NCBI GenBank assembly: GCA_026388185.1
Contig: JAPLKG010000014.1
Span: 276,319-340,318 of the forward strand
From: Candidatus Eiseniibacteriota bacterium
GTDB taxonomy: Bacteria; Eisenbacteria; RBG-16-71-46; JAFGJU01
Length of the DNA stretch: 64,000 nucleotides
Direction: 5' to 3'
Made by a program: the position numbers and the translations under genes. Positions 38,964-50,521 of the stretch are shown one piece after another (positions within the stretch are counted from its first letter, which is position 1; each line of letters starts with the position of its first letter). The notes under the pieces were generated by a model. The model ran no database searches and had not been told where the DNA came from. It was given only the letters and a program-made list of their open reading frames with translations.

Positions 38964-40094
38964 ATGAAGCCTTTGAGAAAATCAGAACGGGAGCTTGTCG
39001 CCGGGGATCTTGGAGAAATGGGACTCATCGAGAGGATTTTGTCAAAGACCGGCCGGTCGTTGGGACTCTCGAAGTCGGACGTAGGGCGCGTGATCGTCGG
39101 CCCCGGAGATGACGCCGCGGTAATAGAGTTCGGCGGGAGGACGCGCGTCGTTGTGACGACGGACGTCCTCGTGGAAGGCGTGCACTTCCGACTCGATTGG
39201 TCATATCCTGAGGCTCTTGGATTCAAGTCCGTGGCAGCGAACCTGAGTGACGTCGCTGCGATGGGAGGCCGTGCTGTAGGAATCGTGATTTCTCTTGGAA
39301 TACCGCCGGCGGTTCCAGTGAAAGCCGTTGACAGGATGTATCGCGGCATATCCAAAGCGCTGTCGTTGTTCGGAGGAAATCTGCTTGGGGGAGACACGGT
39401 GCGCTCGAGTGCCATAATCGTCTCGATATCTGCCATCGGCGTGCTTGTTGGCGAGAGGCCGCTACTCCGTTCTGGAGCGAGGCCTGGAGACAAGATATGT
39501 GTCACAGGTTCGCTGGGTCGTTCCGAGTTGGGGCTGATGTTGCTGAAGAGATACTTCAGACCGACTCGTCGGCCGAGAAAAATCTTGCTCGAGGCGTGGG
39601 CGGAGAGAACAGAACAGTACTTCAGGAAAGGACTTCCTCCATCACTGCGGGAGGCGGGATGTGCATGCATCGCCAAACACCTCATGCCTTCTCCGCGGGT
39701 GAAGGAAGTGCGAGTGCTCTCAACTTTGGGTCCCTCTGCGATGATCGACATCAGCGATGGGCTGTCGGCAGATCTGATGCGGGTGGCAAGGGCGAGCGGG
39801 GTAGGACTGGTGCTGAACGAAGCAGACATTCCCGTTGACAAAGACGCGATGGCCGTGGCGCAGGCTCTCAACGTTGCGCCATACAAGATAGCGCTTTCGA
39901 GCGGCGAGGAATACGAAGTTCTGTTCACCATTCCGCAAGCTAGAGTCGAACGGGCGGCAAGTGTTCTGGCGAGAAGGTGTGGAACTGCAATCGGAGTAAT
40001 AGGAGAAATCACGGGATACAGAGAGTCGATTCTTGTGGTCGGGAGTCGCGCTAGAAAGAGGGCCTTGGCAGAGACAGGCTTCAGACATTTCTAG
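38964..40094 (+). CDS. thiL: Thiamine-monophosphate kinase
   Basis: GDDAA, TTDVLVEGVHF, NLSDVAAMGG, GGDT, DISDGL, GEEYE. Confidence 0.95.
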   Translation: MKPLRKSERELVAGDLGEMGLIERILSKTGRSLGLSKSDVGRVIVGPGDDAAVIEFGGRTRVVVTTDVLVEGVHFRLDWSYPEALGFKSVAANLSDVAAMGGRAVGIVISLGIPPAVPVKAVDRMYRGISKALSLFGGNLLGGDTVRSSAIIVSISAIGVLVGERPLLRSGARPGDKICVTGSLGRSELGLMLLKRYFRPTRRPRKILLEAWAERTEQYFRKGLPPSLREAGCACIAKHLMPSPRVKEVRVLSTLGPSAMIDISDGLSADLMRVARASGVGLVLNEADIPVDKDAMAVAQALNVAPYKIALSSGEEYEVLFTIPQARVERAASVLARRCGTAIGVIGEITGYRESILVVGSRARKRALAETGFRHF

Positions 40095-40500
40095 CTCGCT
40101 TTTCTCTGCGGCCCGATGCCTGGCGTTGTGGTGACTCCTGGTCGCTGATGCACTTCCAAGAAGTGTGTCGCCCTTGGAATCGGCCTCGACATCCCATCTA
40201 ACCCAATTATATCGCAACGAGTTGGGTTATCACGCGCACTTTTCTATTGATTACGTTCTCACAGTGCTGTATAATTAGTACAAAGTTAAGTGTGAGATGG
40301 CACGTTAGGGTACGGTCGAAAACCTTCGGAAGTCTCTCTTTCGGAAGTCCCTGAGGTCTCGTACCTCATCCGCTCCGCTGGGGAGTTAATATGACCGAAG
40401 TGTCGTTTTCGACCTTTTTGTTTGCCCTTTTTTGACGCCGAGAAGGCCATGAAGTGACCGGGAAGAGGGGCCATGACAAGAAGGTGGAGGTGTTCAATTC

Positions 40501-41214
40501 ATGTTCAGATCATCGGTAATGGTAATCGTTGGCGTTTGTCTGCTTTTCGGACAAGCTCTTGGCTGCGGGACTCAGCTTTGCTGGAACACGGTCGTGCCGC
40601 GGAACATGGTAGGTTTCGATTTGAACGTAATCTCTACTGTCGACGGGCCTGACAAGTCGGGGCTGTATACCTACACGTACACGATTTACAGGCTCGACAA
40701 CGGGTTGAAGCTCGACAACGGAGCGTGGGTCCTTTACCGAGAGATCAGTCACATCTCTTTCTGGTTTCCCTGTGGGCCGGCCGCAGAGAGGAGCATAGTG
40801 AACGGCAAGTACGGCATCTCTGTTAGTTGCACGGACGCGGGGCAGTGTCCGACAATTGAAATGGGTGGAAGTCGTGGCATGGTTGAGCCCGTTATGAGCA
40901 GATCGTGCAGCGTGTTCTGGGGGTTCAAGCTTGACGCATGTGTCTGCCCCGACGACAGAATCTTCCTTCTTCCCAATCTCAATAAGATTTCTTTCCCCAC
41001 CGACCCCGAGGATCCCCACTGCACCATCACGTTCAAGAGTGGTAGCGCACCCGAGTGGGGCAAGTGGCTCGCGAAAGGCGGTGCCACACGGGGTGGGCTA
41101 CACGATGGAATGGGTTGGGTCTACGATGCTGGCGACATCAAGGTTCCGACCTGCGTTCCCGCTGTTGACGTCGGAGACATGACGTGGGGTGCAATCAAGG
41201 CAACCTACCGCTAG
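40501..41214 (+). CDS. Secreted Cys-rich hypothetical protein with TWGAIKATYR C-terminus
   Basis: GGAGG RBS, signal peptide, terminal motif. Confidence 0.75.
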   Translation: MFRSSVMVIVGVCLLFGQALGCGTQLCWNTVVPRNMVGFDLNVISTVDGPDKSGLYTYTYTIYRLDNGLKLDNGAWVLYREISHISFWFPCGPAAERSIVNGKYGISVSCTDAGQCPTIEMGGSRGMVEPVMSRSCSVFWGFKLDACVCPDDRIFLLPNLNKISFPTDPEDPHCTITFKSGSAPEWGKWLAKGGATRGGLHDGMGWVYDAGDIKVPTCVPAVDVGDMTWGAIKATYR

Positions 41215-41337
41215 CGCCGGCCACGAACACATAGCCCGTCGTATACCCTCACGCGTTCAATTCCGTTTGACACAACTAGAATAGCGGATTAGCATCTCAC
41301 CGCACGTTCTGTTCTGAACCTTTCGCAGGAGGAGGAC

Positions 41338-42993
41338 ATGGAAGGAGAGCAAAGCCTAAGGGCCTTGTCTGACGAGTATTTTGACTTCTACGTTGAATCC
41401 TACCCCGAAATGGCCACGGTCGTGGGGCTTCACACCTTCGATGACAGGCTGACTCGCTACGATCGGGCCTCCATCGACAAGCAAGTGCGAGCATTCCGCG
41501 GATTCAAGAGGCGCGCCGAAGAGCTCTTGTCCGCCGGAGGGCTCTCCACAACCGCTTCGATAGATGCGAGACTCATCGCCAGCAACTGTGAGATTCAGGT
41601 CCTCGAGATCGAAAAGATGATGAAACCCTGGGTCGATCCCACCCTCTACATCGAAATGAGCCTGTATGGGTTGTTCCTTCTCGTTTCCAGGGAAGTCGTC
41701 CCCGTCGAGAAGCGTGCCAACTCGGTGGCCGGAAGATTGAGAGAGTTCGCTCGCGTGCTGGTCGAAGCTAAGCAAAACCTGGAAAACCCGCCGTCCATTT
41801 TTACGAGGACGGCCCTCGGCATGCTCAAGGGCGCAGACGCTTTCGTGAAGGAAACCGTTCGTCACTTCGGCGACAGCTTGGCCGGAGCAAGAAGCGAGTT
41901 GGAATCAAGTTCAACAATCTGCATCGAGGCCATGAGGGATTTCGAGACCTACCTGGAAAACGATCTCCTGCCAAGATCAAACGGGGATTTCGCCATAGGA
42001 CGCGATCTCTTCGAGACCAAGCTAAGGGTGCAGCACATGTTGGACGTGGACACGAAGACACTCGAAAAGATGGGCCGCGCGCTCTTACTGGAGACCAAGG
42101 AGCAGATAGAACACCTCAGTAACGAGTTGCACCCCGGCAAGAACTGGAGAGACGTGATCGAGGCCCTCAAGGAGCACCATCCCGACGCCTCGATGCTGAG
42201 AAGTGAATACGAGGAGCACATGAGGAAGGCAAGAGAGTTTGTTCTTGCCAAGGATCTTGTTCCTATCCCGGCTGGCGAAGAACTCACGGTCATTGACACT
42301 CCCTCTTTTGAACGAGGGACCATCCCTTACGCTGCATACGTCAGCCCGGGGCCCTTCGATGAAAAGCAGGAAGGCCTCTTCTTTGTCACGCCCGTGGATA
42401 CGAGCGCGCCGATTGAGGTACAGCGGGAACAGCTCAAGGGACACAGCTATGCTTCAATGGTGTTAACGGCCCTGCACGAAGGTTATCCGGGTCATCACTT
42501 GCAGTTCATTCATTCTAACCGCGTCCCCACCAAGCTTCGGCATTTATGCGGGAATACTGTTTTTGCGGAAGGATGGGCGCTATATTGCGAAGAGCTCATG
42601 AAGGAAGCCGGCTTCTACAGGAGCAGGGAGGTTGAGCTGTTTCAGTTGAAGGACATGCTTTGGAGGGCAGCGCGCGTGGTCGTAGATGTGGGGTTGCACA
42701 CGAAAAGCATGAGCTTTGATGAAGCGGTCGAGTTTCTGATCTCCGAAGCGTTGATAGAACGCCCCAATGCCGTTGCCGAAGTCAGGAGATATACCAACTC
42801 GCCATCTCAACCCTCGAGCTACGCCGTAGGAAAGGCCGAGGTTCTGGCTCTTCGAGACGGCGAGAAACAACGGCTCGGCCCTAACTTCAACTTATCCAGA
42901 TTCCACGAAAAGCTTCTGAGCTCAGGCACCATTCCATTCAAGCTGGTCAAGGAGGAACTGGGAGCGAAAGACGAGAGCTCGCGAGAAAAGTGA
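41338..42993 (+). CDS. DUF885 family protein
   Basis: HEGYPGHHLQ, EGWALYCE, RAARVVVDVGLH, EVRRY. Confidence 0.92.
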   Translation: MEGEQSLRALSDEYFDFYVESYPEMATVVGLHTFDDRLTRYDRASIDKQVRAFRGFKRRAEELLSAGGLSTTASIDARLIASNCEIQVLEIEKMMKPWVDPTLYIEMSLYGLFLLVSREVVPVEKRANSVAGRLREFARVLVEAKQNLENPPSIFTRTALGMLKGADAFVKETVRHFGDSLAGARSELESSSTICIEAMRDFETYLENDLLPRSNGDFAIGRDLFETKLRVQHMLDVDTKTLEKMGRALLLETKEQIEHLSNELHPGKNWRDVIEALKEHHPDASMLRSEYEEHMRKAREFVLAKDLVPIPAGEELTVIDTPSFERGTIPYAAYVSPGPFDEKQEGLFFVTPVDTSAPIEVQREQLKGHSYASMVLTALHEGYPGHHLQFIHSNRVPTKLRHLCGNTVFAEGWALYCEELMKEAGFYRSREVELFQLKDMLWRAARVVVDVGLHTKSMSFDEAVEFLISEALIERPNAVAEVRRYTNSPSQPSSYAVGKAEVLALRDGEKQRLGPNFNLSRFHEKLLSSGTIPFKLVKEELGAKDESSREK

Positions 42994-43008
42994 AGGCGCT
43001 CTATTGTT

Positions 43009-43797
43009 CTATGCCAGAGCGGTTCCGGCCTTGGCGTGTTCGCGGGTTTTTCTCACAAGCAGTCTGCTCAGTTCGCTTCTGAGAGAGCCCTTGTCGAGAC
43101 GTCTCTTGAGAACGCCGCGGGAGGCTATGGAGATCGCCCCCGTCTCGCCCGAGACGACGATGACAACCGAATCGGTTTCCTCGCTAAGCCCTATGGCGGC
43201 CCTGTGTCTCGTGCCGAGATCGGCGGCCAGACGAGGATTCTCGCTCAAGGGAAGGAGACAACCTGCAGCCACCGCCTCGTCTCCACTTATGATCACGGCA
43301 CCGTCGTGCAGCGGAGAAAGCGGTGTGAAGAGTGTGAGAAGAAGCTCGGAAGTGACCTTCGCGTTCAGGGGGGTGCCGGTTTCTTCATAATTACGCAGCC
43401 CGACGTCTCTTTCTATTGCTATCAGGCCGCCTTTTTTCTCCTCTGACATTTCTTCCACTGCCTTCAGGATCTCGCCGAGCATACCGAACTCCTGAACCCT
43501 TATGAAGGAACCGAACAGTCTGTTTTGACCAATGAGGGCCAGGCCCTTTCTCAATTCCGGCTGGAATATTATTACGAATGCGATAACCCAGACCGTCTTG
43601 AGACTGGTAATGATCCAGTTTAGCGCGTTGAGCTGAAACCACTGCGCCACCAGCGAGGTTACAACCAGTACGACGAGACCGGCGAACATCTGCGAAGCGC
43701 GTGTGCCCTTTACAAGCATGAAGAGCTTGTAAAAAAGAAATGCCACGATGGCGATATCAATCAGATCAAGATACAGGTGCTGACCAAAAATCCCCAT
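43009..43797 (-). CDS. cdaA: Diadenylate cyclase CdaA
   Basis: Three TM helices, IFQPELR, PLHDGA, LGTRHRAA. Confidence 0.93.
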   Translation of the reverse strand: MGIFGQHLYLDLIDIAIVAFLFYKLFMLVKGTRASQMFAGLVVLVVTSLVAQWFQLNALNWIITSLKTVWVIAFVIIFQPELRKGLALIGQNRLFGSFIRVQEFGMLGEILKAVEEMSEEKKGGLIAIERDVGLRNYEETGTPLNAKVTSELLLTLFTPLSPLHDGAVIISGDEAVAAGCLLPLSENPRLAADLGTRHRAAIGLSEETDSVVIVVSGETGAISIASRGVLKRRLDKGSLRSELSRLLVRKTREHAKAGTALA

Positions 43798-44085
43798 CAC
43801 ATGGTTCCCCTCAGCCTTTCGCTCGAATAGCCGCTCAAGGCATTGGCATCGCCGCGGCAACCGAAGTCGATGCAGCGCTTGCCGTGGACTCTCTCCGGGC
43901 AGATTACGATGACTCGTTGCCGATTCTTACCACATCTCCCCGAGAGTTGCATCATTTTTCAGGCGGAGCCGCCATTTTCAGGTCAGGTACACGCGTCTAT
44001 CCCCCGGCCGACTTCGGAATCGTCCAGGATTCCCAGAGGCGCCGGGCCGCAACGGTCGAATCCCCCGGCCCTCCTGCTGCCGACT

Positions 44086-44979
44086 TCATGCTTTTGCCAC
44101 CGCGTCGGCGATGGCGGCAGCTTCTCGTGCCTCTCTCACGTCGTGGACTCTCACCATCGAGGCGCCGGACAGAATGCTGACGACGACCGCGGCCAAAGTC
44201 CCAGGGAGCCTTTGGTCGACCGGAAGATCGAGGAGCTGACCGATAAAGGCTTTTCTCGACGGTCCGACCATGATCGGTCTCTGCATCGATTTCAGTTGAG
44301 ACAGGTTCTTCAGGATTGTCAGATTGTGCGAGAGTTCTTTCCCAAATCCGATACCCGGATCGACCATCATCGATTCGAATTTGACTCCAGCCGTTCTGGC
44401 TCGCTCCATCGCTTTCCTGAGAAAGTCGGCTATCTCAACCATAACGTCGTCGTATTCCGGATCGTTCTGCATCGTGGCGGGAGTGCCCTTCATGTGCATC
44501 AGTATGAGACCGGCTCCATACTTGGAAGCCACGCACGCGAGTTCGGGGTCGAATCGAAGCGCGCTCACGTCATTGATTATGTGCGCACCGGCGTCCAGGG
44601 CAGCTTCGGCAACCGAAGACTTGTAAGTGTCCACCGATATGATCACATCAAAGCGTCGTGCGAGCTCCGAGATGACAGGCACGACCCTGGTTTTCTCTTC
44701 GGATTCGTTGACTGGCGTGGAATTCGGTCTCGTGCTTTCTCCGCCGACGTCAATTACGTCTGCCCCCTCCTCTATCATTCTTTCGGCGTGTCTCAGGGCC
44801 GTCTCGGGCCTGAGGAACGTTCCTCCGTCCGAGAAAGAGTCGGGGGTTACGTTCAGTATGCCTGCGACGTGAGTTCTCTTGGATAGGTCGAATTGTCCTC
44901 CGCGGAACACGAACGTCGCGTCGCTCGTCTCACATGCGTGCATCGTTTTCTCTGCGGTACCTGGTTGCGGCCGGTTCAC
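44086..44979 (-). CDS. folP: Dihydropteroate synthase
   Basis: ILNVTPDSFSDGG, GGESTRP, DPGIGFGK, SRK, RVHDV. Confidence 0.95.
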   Translation of the reverse strand: MNRPQPGTAEKTMHACETSDATFVFRGGQFDLSKRTHVAGILNVTPDSFSDGGTFLRPETALRHAERMIEEGADVIDVGGESTRPNSTPVNESEEKTRVVPVISELARRFDVIISVDTYKSSVAEAALDAGAHIINDVSALRFDPELACVASKYGAGLILMHMKGTPATMQNDPEYDDVMVEIADFLRKAMERARTAGVKFESMMVDPGIGFGKELSHNLTILKNLSQLKSMQRPIMVGPSRKAFIGQLLDLPVDQRLPGTLAAVVVSILSGASMVRVHDVREAREAAAIADAVAKA

Positions 44980-45635
44980 TATTTCGAGGTGCGGCGCGTT
45001 CCGGCGCGCTTGTGCGGCGCCTTTTTCCTGGCTCTCGAGTCGGCTTGGCTGCCTATCAAGGAGAGAGCTTCAGCTCTTGTTCGTTCTTCAAGCATCGCGC
45101 CTCTCGCGGCGGTCGAGATCGTCTTTGCGCCGGGTTTGTGGGTGTTATTCATGGCCATGCACAAATGCTCGGCTTCGATGATAACAAGCAGCCCTCTTGG
45201 ATCGAGAGCCTTCGTCAGTTCGTCCGCAATCTCATTAGCCAGGCGTTCCTGTAATTGGAGCCTCCGGGACAGAACCTCGACGGTCTTCGTGAGACTGCTC
45301 AGTCCTGTGACGCGATTCTTACTTGGCAAGTAGGCGAGGTGTATCTTTCCGAAAAAGGGAAGCAGATGGTGCTCGCACATCGAATGAAAAGAGATGTCTC
45401 TCACCAGAATCATGCCGTCCTGATTGTCGACACGATATAGTTTGAGGCCTCCCGCAGGCTTCTGGCCGATTCCGCTGAAGATTCTTTCGTAAAGCCGGGC
45501 GACACGGCGAGGAGTATTCTTGATTCCTTTCCTCTCCGGATCCTCTCCTATCGCCTCGAGGATGGAGCGGACGGCTTTCTCAATCTTCGCGAGCCTCACC
45601 AGTCGCTGCGTCCTGTGTTTGCGCACCTCCCTCAC
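44979..45635 (-). CDS. folE: GTP cyclohydrolase I (divergent)
   Basis: [26 protein letters not shown]; position between ftsH and folP. Confidence 0.88.
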   Translation of the reverse strand: MREVRKHRTQRLVRLAKIEKAVRSILEAIGEDPERKGIKNTPRRVARLYERIFSGIGQKPAGGLKLYRVDNQDGMILVRDISFHSMCEHHLLPFFGKIHLAYLPSKNRVTGLSSLTKTVEVLSRRLQLQERLANEIADELTKALDPRGLLVIIEAEHLCMAMNNTHKPGAKTISTAARGAMLEERTRAEALSLIGSQADSRARKKAPHKRAGTRRTSK

Positions 45636-47733
45636 GGGGTTCAGTCCTTTCCGTTCCAGAAGGGGATTCCGTCTGATTGATCTTGGGGATTTCTTGCTGG
45701 CCCTGCGCTGGAGTGCGTGGAGTTCGCGTCTTACTGACGGGCTCCAGCTTCTCCCCTCGGAGCACTCTGTCTATTTCCTCGCTGTCCAGAATTTCTCTTT
45801 CCAGAAGCGCGATGGCAAGGTCGTTGAGTTTTTCCCTGTTCTCAAGAAGAAGCTTCCTGGCTTTCTCGTGCGATCCTTCCACTATGGCCTTTATTTCTTC
45901 ATCTATGGAGACGGCCGTCTTCTCGCTGTAGTTCTTCTGCTGGGAAATCTCGCGCCCCAGGAAGATGAGCTCCTCTCTCTTGCCGAGAGTCACCGGACCG
46001 AGTCTCTCGCTCATGCCCCACTCGCACACCATCTTTCGTGCTATCTCGGTAGCAGTCTCGATGTCGTTTGCGGCGCCGTTGGTGATTTGATTGAGTACCA
46101 GCTCCTCCGCCGCTCGTCCTCCCATAAGCGTGGTGAGGGTCATGAGAAGGTAATCCCGCGTCCTCGTGTATCTTTCGTCGATCGGAAGCAAGTGGGTGAG
46201 CCCGAGGGCTCTTCCCCTGGGGATGATTGTAACTTTGTGAATTGGGTCCGAGCCGGGCTGTAGCCTGGCTATTAGAGTGTGGCCGGCTTCGTGGTAGGAA
46301 GTCGTGCGCTTCTCTTCGTCGCTTATGATGAGACTTCTTCTTTCCGTGCCCATCATGACCTTGTCTTTCGCCTCCTCGAAGTCCTCCATGAGGACTTTCT
46401 TTCTGTTCCTTCTTGCGGCGAGGAGAGCGGCCTCGTTGACGAGATTCGCAAGGTCTGCGCCGGCAAGCCCGGGCGTCGCTCTGGCGAGCACTTTGAGATC
46501 CACGTCTTCTGACAGCGGGATGCCTCTCGTGTGTACGCGGAAAATGCCTTCGCGACCGCGGACGTCGGGCCTGTCAATCACGATCTGTCTGTCGAAACGG
46601 CCGGGTCTCAAGAGCGCGGGATCGAGAACATCCGGCCTGTTGGTGGCAGCCAGGAGTATGACTCCTTCGTTTGAATCGAAGCCGTCCATCTCGACCAGGA
46701 GTTGATTGAGGGTCTGTTCCCGTTCGTCGTGTCCTCCTCCGAGGCCCGCGCCGCGCTGCCTCCCGACGGCGTCTATTTCATCGATGAAAATTATGCATGG
46801 GGCGTTCTTCTTCCCCTGATCGAACAGGTCTCGGACCCTCGAGGCCCCAACACCTACGAACATCTCGACGAAGTCGGAGCCACTCATGCTGTAGAATGGT
46901 ACGTTGGCTTCTCCGGCCACGGCCTTTGCGAGCAGCGTCTTCCCGGTCCCGGGAGGACCGAGAAGAAGCGCGCCTTTTGGAATTCTGCCACCGAGGCGTT
47001 GAAACTTCTTCGGTTCCTTTAGAAACTCTATTATTTCCTCGAGCTCTTGCTTTGCTTCGTCGGCCCCGGCCACGTCTCTGAACGTGACCTTGGGTCTGTC
47101 TTCGAGAATCACTTTGGCCTTGCTTCTTCCAAACTTGAGGGCGGCGCTCCCACCGGCCTGCATCTGACGCATTATGAAGAGCCAGAATGCGACTATGAGA
47201 ACGATAGGAAGCCAGGAGACGAGCATTCCAATCCAGTTCATGCCTTCCGGCTGGGACGTGATCTCGGCGCCCGGGAACTTCTTCCATATTTTGTCGGGAA
47301 GGTCGGCGTCCTCCGTGGGGAGCCATACCTTGAAGTTTTTGAACGTGAGCTTCCTGCCGCGATAGTCCGTCTCGGCCTGGGCTTTAAGTTCTCCCGTCAC
47401 TTGCTTACCGGACAATGTCAGCGACGCAATGTTGCCCGCGTTGATTTCCTTGAAGAATCTCGAATAAGAGATCTCCACATCTTTAGGTTTCGCGGAGAAA
47501 TAGAATTCAAAGAGGAGGACAGTGAGAAGAATCAGCATGATCCAGAACGCCATCGTTTTGAACGGTTTTACCGGCGACAGGGGTATGCCCCTTCGGGGGC
47601 CTCTAATTCTTCCACGAGGAGGAAGAGGAGGCTTGTCGTCTTGTTTCTGGAGCTTGTCTCCTCCGGGTCGAGATCTATCTTCGGGTGGAAGCTTTTCTTC
47701 AGGAGATTTCTTCTCGGGTTTTGTCAAATGCAT
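45580..47733 (-). CDS. ftsH: ATP-dependent zinc metalloprotease FtsH
   Basis: Two TM helices, [25 protein letters not shown]. Confidence 0.97.
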   Translation of the reverse strand: MHLTKPEKKSPEEKLPPEDRSRPGGDKLQKQDDKPPLPPRGRIRGPRRGIPLSPVKPFKTMAFWIMLILLTVLLFEFYFSAKPKDVEISYSRFFKEINAGNIASLTLSGKQVTGELKAQAETDYRGRKLTFKNFKVWLPTEDADLPDKIWKKFPGAEITSQPEGMNWIGMLVSWLPIVLIVAFWLFIMRQMQAGGSAALKFGRSKAKVILEDRPKVTFRDVAGADEAKQELEEIIEFLKEPKKFQRLGGRIPKGALLLGPPGTGKTLLAKAVAGEANVPFYSMSGSDFVEMFVGVGASRVRDLFDQGKKNAPCIIFIDEIDAVGRQRGAGLGGGHDEREQTLNQLLVEMDGFDSNEGVILLAATNRPDVLDPALLRPGRFDRQIVIDRPDVRGREGIFRVHTRGIPLSEDVDLKVLARATPGLAGADLANLVNEAALLAARRNRKKVLMEDFEEAKDKVMMGTERRSLIISDEEKRTTSYHEAGHTLIARLQPGSDPIHKVTIIPRGRALGLTHLLPIDERYTRTRDYLLMTLTTLMGGRAAEELVLNQITNGAANDIETATEIARKMVCEWGMSERLGPVTLGKREELIFLGREISQQKNYSEKTAVSIDEEIKAIVEGSHEKARKLLLENREKLNDLAIALLEREILDSEEIDRVLRGEKLEPVSKTRTPRTPAQGQQEIPKINQTESPSGTERTEPREGGAQTQDAATGEARED

Positions 47734-49286
47734 TTCACCTCAACGCTAAGGATTAGTTCCGTTGTCTCGTTTACAGAAGCCGCGTTGCTCCTTCGTATAC
47801 CGACCACCCAGAGTACTTGACTCTGGTCGCAGAAGGCGGCCAGTCTCTTTCTCCTTGACCTTGGTACTTTCAGATCGACCAGAAGGTCCTGGATCTTCCT
47901 CGTGCCGTCCATGCCGAACGGGGTCATCCTGTCCCCGGGCTCGAGACTGCGCAGGACGAGGGGTGGCGTGAGCTTTTCAAGATCAAAGATCACTCTGTCG
48001 GGTCCGCTCTTGAGCAAATCGCCCCCGCCAGGCTCCTTTGCGCCGGGCTTCCCTGTCGTGGGTCCATCGGCCGACAGCTTTTCGCTCCGCGCATCCTTAC
48101 CCAGTACCCTGCTGTCGATCTCAAGCCCTATGAGCGGTAGCGACACCGCGTTGCCGGGCTCGAGTCGGACAGCGAATTTCGGCGCAACAGCTCGCTCGGA
48201 ACGCAGCGTTGAGGTGCGTCCGATCCAGAGCCTCCGTCCATCCAGCCATGCGCTTTTGCCCAACGCGATGTCAACCGAGTCACCTGATTGCCCCGAGGAA
48301 ATCAGACCGATCAGGGATGCGACGTGAGTGAAGCTAAGATCCCTGAGGCTGCCGCAAAGTCTACGATACGCCTCTCTAAGGATGTAGCTCTGTACAAAAG
48401 TATGATAGGACAGGAGGGAGGTTAGTTCAAGTTGAATGTGCTCACGCGTTTCCTCGCGGACACAGTTGCGGTATGCTTCTGAAGCCACTTTGCTCAGGTA
48501 GTCTTCCGCTTCTGCGACCAGAGACGCATGAGAGCTCAGTACCTCGACGATTCGCGGATTGTATTTCTCTCTTAGGATCTCCACAAGCTCGTGACGGACT
48601 CTGTTCCGCATGAAAGCCGCGTCAACATTGGAGGCGTCCTCCCGGTATGCGATCTGCCTCGAAGCAATGAATTCATTGACTTCAGCTCTACTCGTGGCGA
48701 GAAACGGCCTGATGAAGAAGAGTCCTGAATCCGGCCGACTCTCTCCATCTGACACGCCCGGCATCGCACTTGTGCAGGTCTCGGAGATTGTCTTTGTCCC
48801 AACCTTCGAGATCGGTTTCATTCCCGAGACGCCCAGAATGCCCGCGCCCCTGATGATATGCATGAGGACGGTCTCGGCCTGGTCGTTCATGGTGTGGCCG
48901 AGAGCGATTTTGTTGTGGCCGTGCGCGGCTGCTCTGTCTTTCAGAAAGCCATGTCTGAGCTCGCGCGCAGCTTCCTCCGTCGAGAGCTTGGCACTTTTGG
49001 CGAACGACGGTGCATCGGCTCTTCCAACGTGGCAGGCAATCCCGAGTCCCAGGCACATTTTTTCGACGAAGTCTGCGTCCTCGTCCGCGGCGTTTCCCCT
49101 GATTCCGTGATTGAGATGCGCGGCCTCGAGAGTGAAACCCATGTCCCTGTGCAAGTCGAACAAGACTTGGAGCAAAGCCACGGAGTCTGCTCCTCCGGAC
49201 ACGGCCACCAGAACAGAGTCACGCGAGACGATGAGCCCCTTCGTCTCAATGAACTCTCCGACTTTTTTCGCTAACATCCCCGACAT
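47724..49286 (-). CDS. tilS: tRNA(Ile)-lysidine synthetase
   Basis: SGGADS PP-loop, GH-x-x-DQAET, DASN...RNRVR, C-terminal TilS domain. Confidence 0.95.
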   Translation of the reverse strand: MSGMLAKKVGEFIETKGLIVSRDSVLVAVSGGADSVALLQVLFDLHRDMGFTLEAAHLNHGIRGNAADEDADFVEKMCLGLGIACHVGRADAPSFAKSAKLSTEEAARELRHGFLKDRAAAHGHNKIALGHTMNDQAETVLMHIIRGAGILGVSGMKPISKVGTKTISETCTSAMPGVSDGESRPDSGLFFIRPFLATSRAEVNEFIASRQIAYREDASNVDAAFMRNRVRHELVEILREKYNPRIVEVLSSHASLVAEAEDYLSKVASEAYRNCVREETREHIQLELTSLLSYHTFVQSYILREAYRRLCGSLRDLSFTHVASLIGLISSGQSGDSVDIALGKSAWLDGRRLWIGRTSTLRSERAVAPKFAVRLEPGNAVSLPLIGLEIDSRVLGKDARSEKLSADGPTTGKPGAKEPGGGDLLKSGPDRVIFDLEKLTPPLVLRSLEPGDRMTPFGMDGTRKIQDLLVDLKVPRSRRKRLAAFCDQSQVLWVVGIRRSNAASVNETTELILSVEVKCI

Positions 49287-49461
49287 ACTCCAGCCTTCTT
49301 CAGGAAAACGGTTTGTGCTCTGCTCCGATTTCCTACATTTCCTACGAAGGTGTCACGCCTGAAGTTATCACAAAAAACACCCCTCTGTGCCCAATTTTCT
49401 TGCCGGACGCGAGTCGCTTTCTGCCTGATTGTCGTCCCGGGGACTTGGTACATGAGGAGGG

Positions 49462-49538
49462 TGGTGGCGGTGCAGGGATTCGAACCCCGGACACAAGGAT
49501 TATGATTCCTCTGCTCTGACCAACTGAGCTACACCGCC
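49462..49538 (-). tRNA. tRNA-Met(CAT), probably the elongator
   Basis: GGCGGTGTAGCTCAGTTGG...GAGGA-ATCATAA-TCCTT...GGTTCGAATCCC...CACCGCCACCA cloverleaf, 77 nt, encoded CCA. Confidence 0.93.
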
Positions 49539-49851
49539 AGAGAGTCATAGGGAGCAATCAAATTCTGAAGCTAGGCACCGGCTTGCGCCCTGTCGAGGCG
49601 GAAGCCCCAGGTAATTCTCCAAAAGAGAATACTGGAGGGTGCGCCGCTCGTCAACTGCAAAGAAGGCGGGATGTCGTGGATAGACGGGGGGAGCTCGCCT
49701 GTCACGGCAGTGGGGCGACCCGTGTTCATCTGTACAACTACCCTCATTACCGGTATTGACAGTTTTGACCGTGCCCGTATATACTGGACTAACCTTCTTG
49801 GTGCATCCGCTTCTCACCGGGGCATGGTTCGTCTGAAAGGAGTTCCATCGT

Positions 49852-50511
49852 ATGAAACTCGTCCGGTTTGTTGTCATTGCAGGCCTTCTGCTTTCTATAC
49901 TCTGTGGGACGTCCTTTTCTGCTGACGTAACCGGGCGCGCCTTCATGGGTAGCTCAGTCGGAACAATGCTCTTCATCTCTGACGACCAAATGAACGGGTC
50001 CAAGATCTGGGTGGGCGGCTACAAGATGAGTAGCGGCGTCAAGCCGAGGCCTTACGGAGACGTGAGTTTCGGTTACGTCTTCAAGCCCTATCTCTCCGCC
50101 CTGGTGAGCGTCGGTTACGGCTGGGAGGCATACAAGTTCGATGACCTGCGAGTCACGACTGCCAGGCCCATCACCGTGGGGGTTGAGTACAGGTACGGGA
50201 CCCGGAAGTATGTGCCCAAGGCAGGGATCGGCGTAGGTTACTACGTGTGGTCCGTGCTCGAAGACAGGAAGGTCATGAAAGATCCGATCACGAGGGAAGA
50301 ACTCAAGCGCGGCAACCCCGGCGGGTATGTGATGGCAGGTGTTGAGTATTTCATGAGACCCGATCTGACCATCGGCGGTGACGTGGTAGGCCATCACGTA
50401 TTCTCCGAAGACATCGAGGCTTTCCCGTCAGGATATGCGTACAACAAAGATATACTCTCCATGAAACTGGGCTTGAAGTACTACTTCGTGTCCAAGAAAA
50501 AGGGGTCCTAG
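49852..50511 (+). CDS. Outer-membrane beta-barrel protein
   Basis: Signal peptide, amphipathic strands, LGLKYYF near the C-terminus. Confidence 0.75.
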   Translation: MKLVRFVVIAGLLLSILCGTSFSADVTGRAFMGSSVGTMLFISDDQMNGSKIWVGGYKMSSGVKPRPYGDVSFGYVFKPYLSALVSVGYGWEAYKFDDLRVTTARPITVGVEYRYGTRKYVPKAGIGVGYYVWSVLEDRKVMKDPITREELKRGNPGGYVMAGVEYFMRPDLTIGGDVVGHHVFSEDIEAFPSGYAYNKDILSMKLGLKYYFVSKKKGS

Positions 50512-50521
50512 GCCCCGACTG

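Noticed and set aside
36842-40012. 415-aa and 394-aa minus-strand ORFs
   Set aside because: Antisense to the MrfA-like helicase and thiL.
40298-40315. Sigma54 promoter at TGGCAC upstream of 40501
   Set aside because: No GC at the -12 position; a TTGATT...TATAAT sigma70-like promoter lies just upstream.
43843-44886. 347-aa plus-strand ORF
   Set aside because: Antisense shadow of folP.
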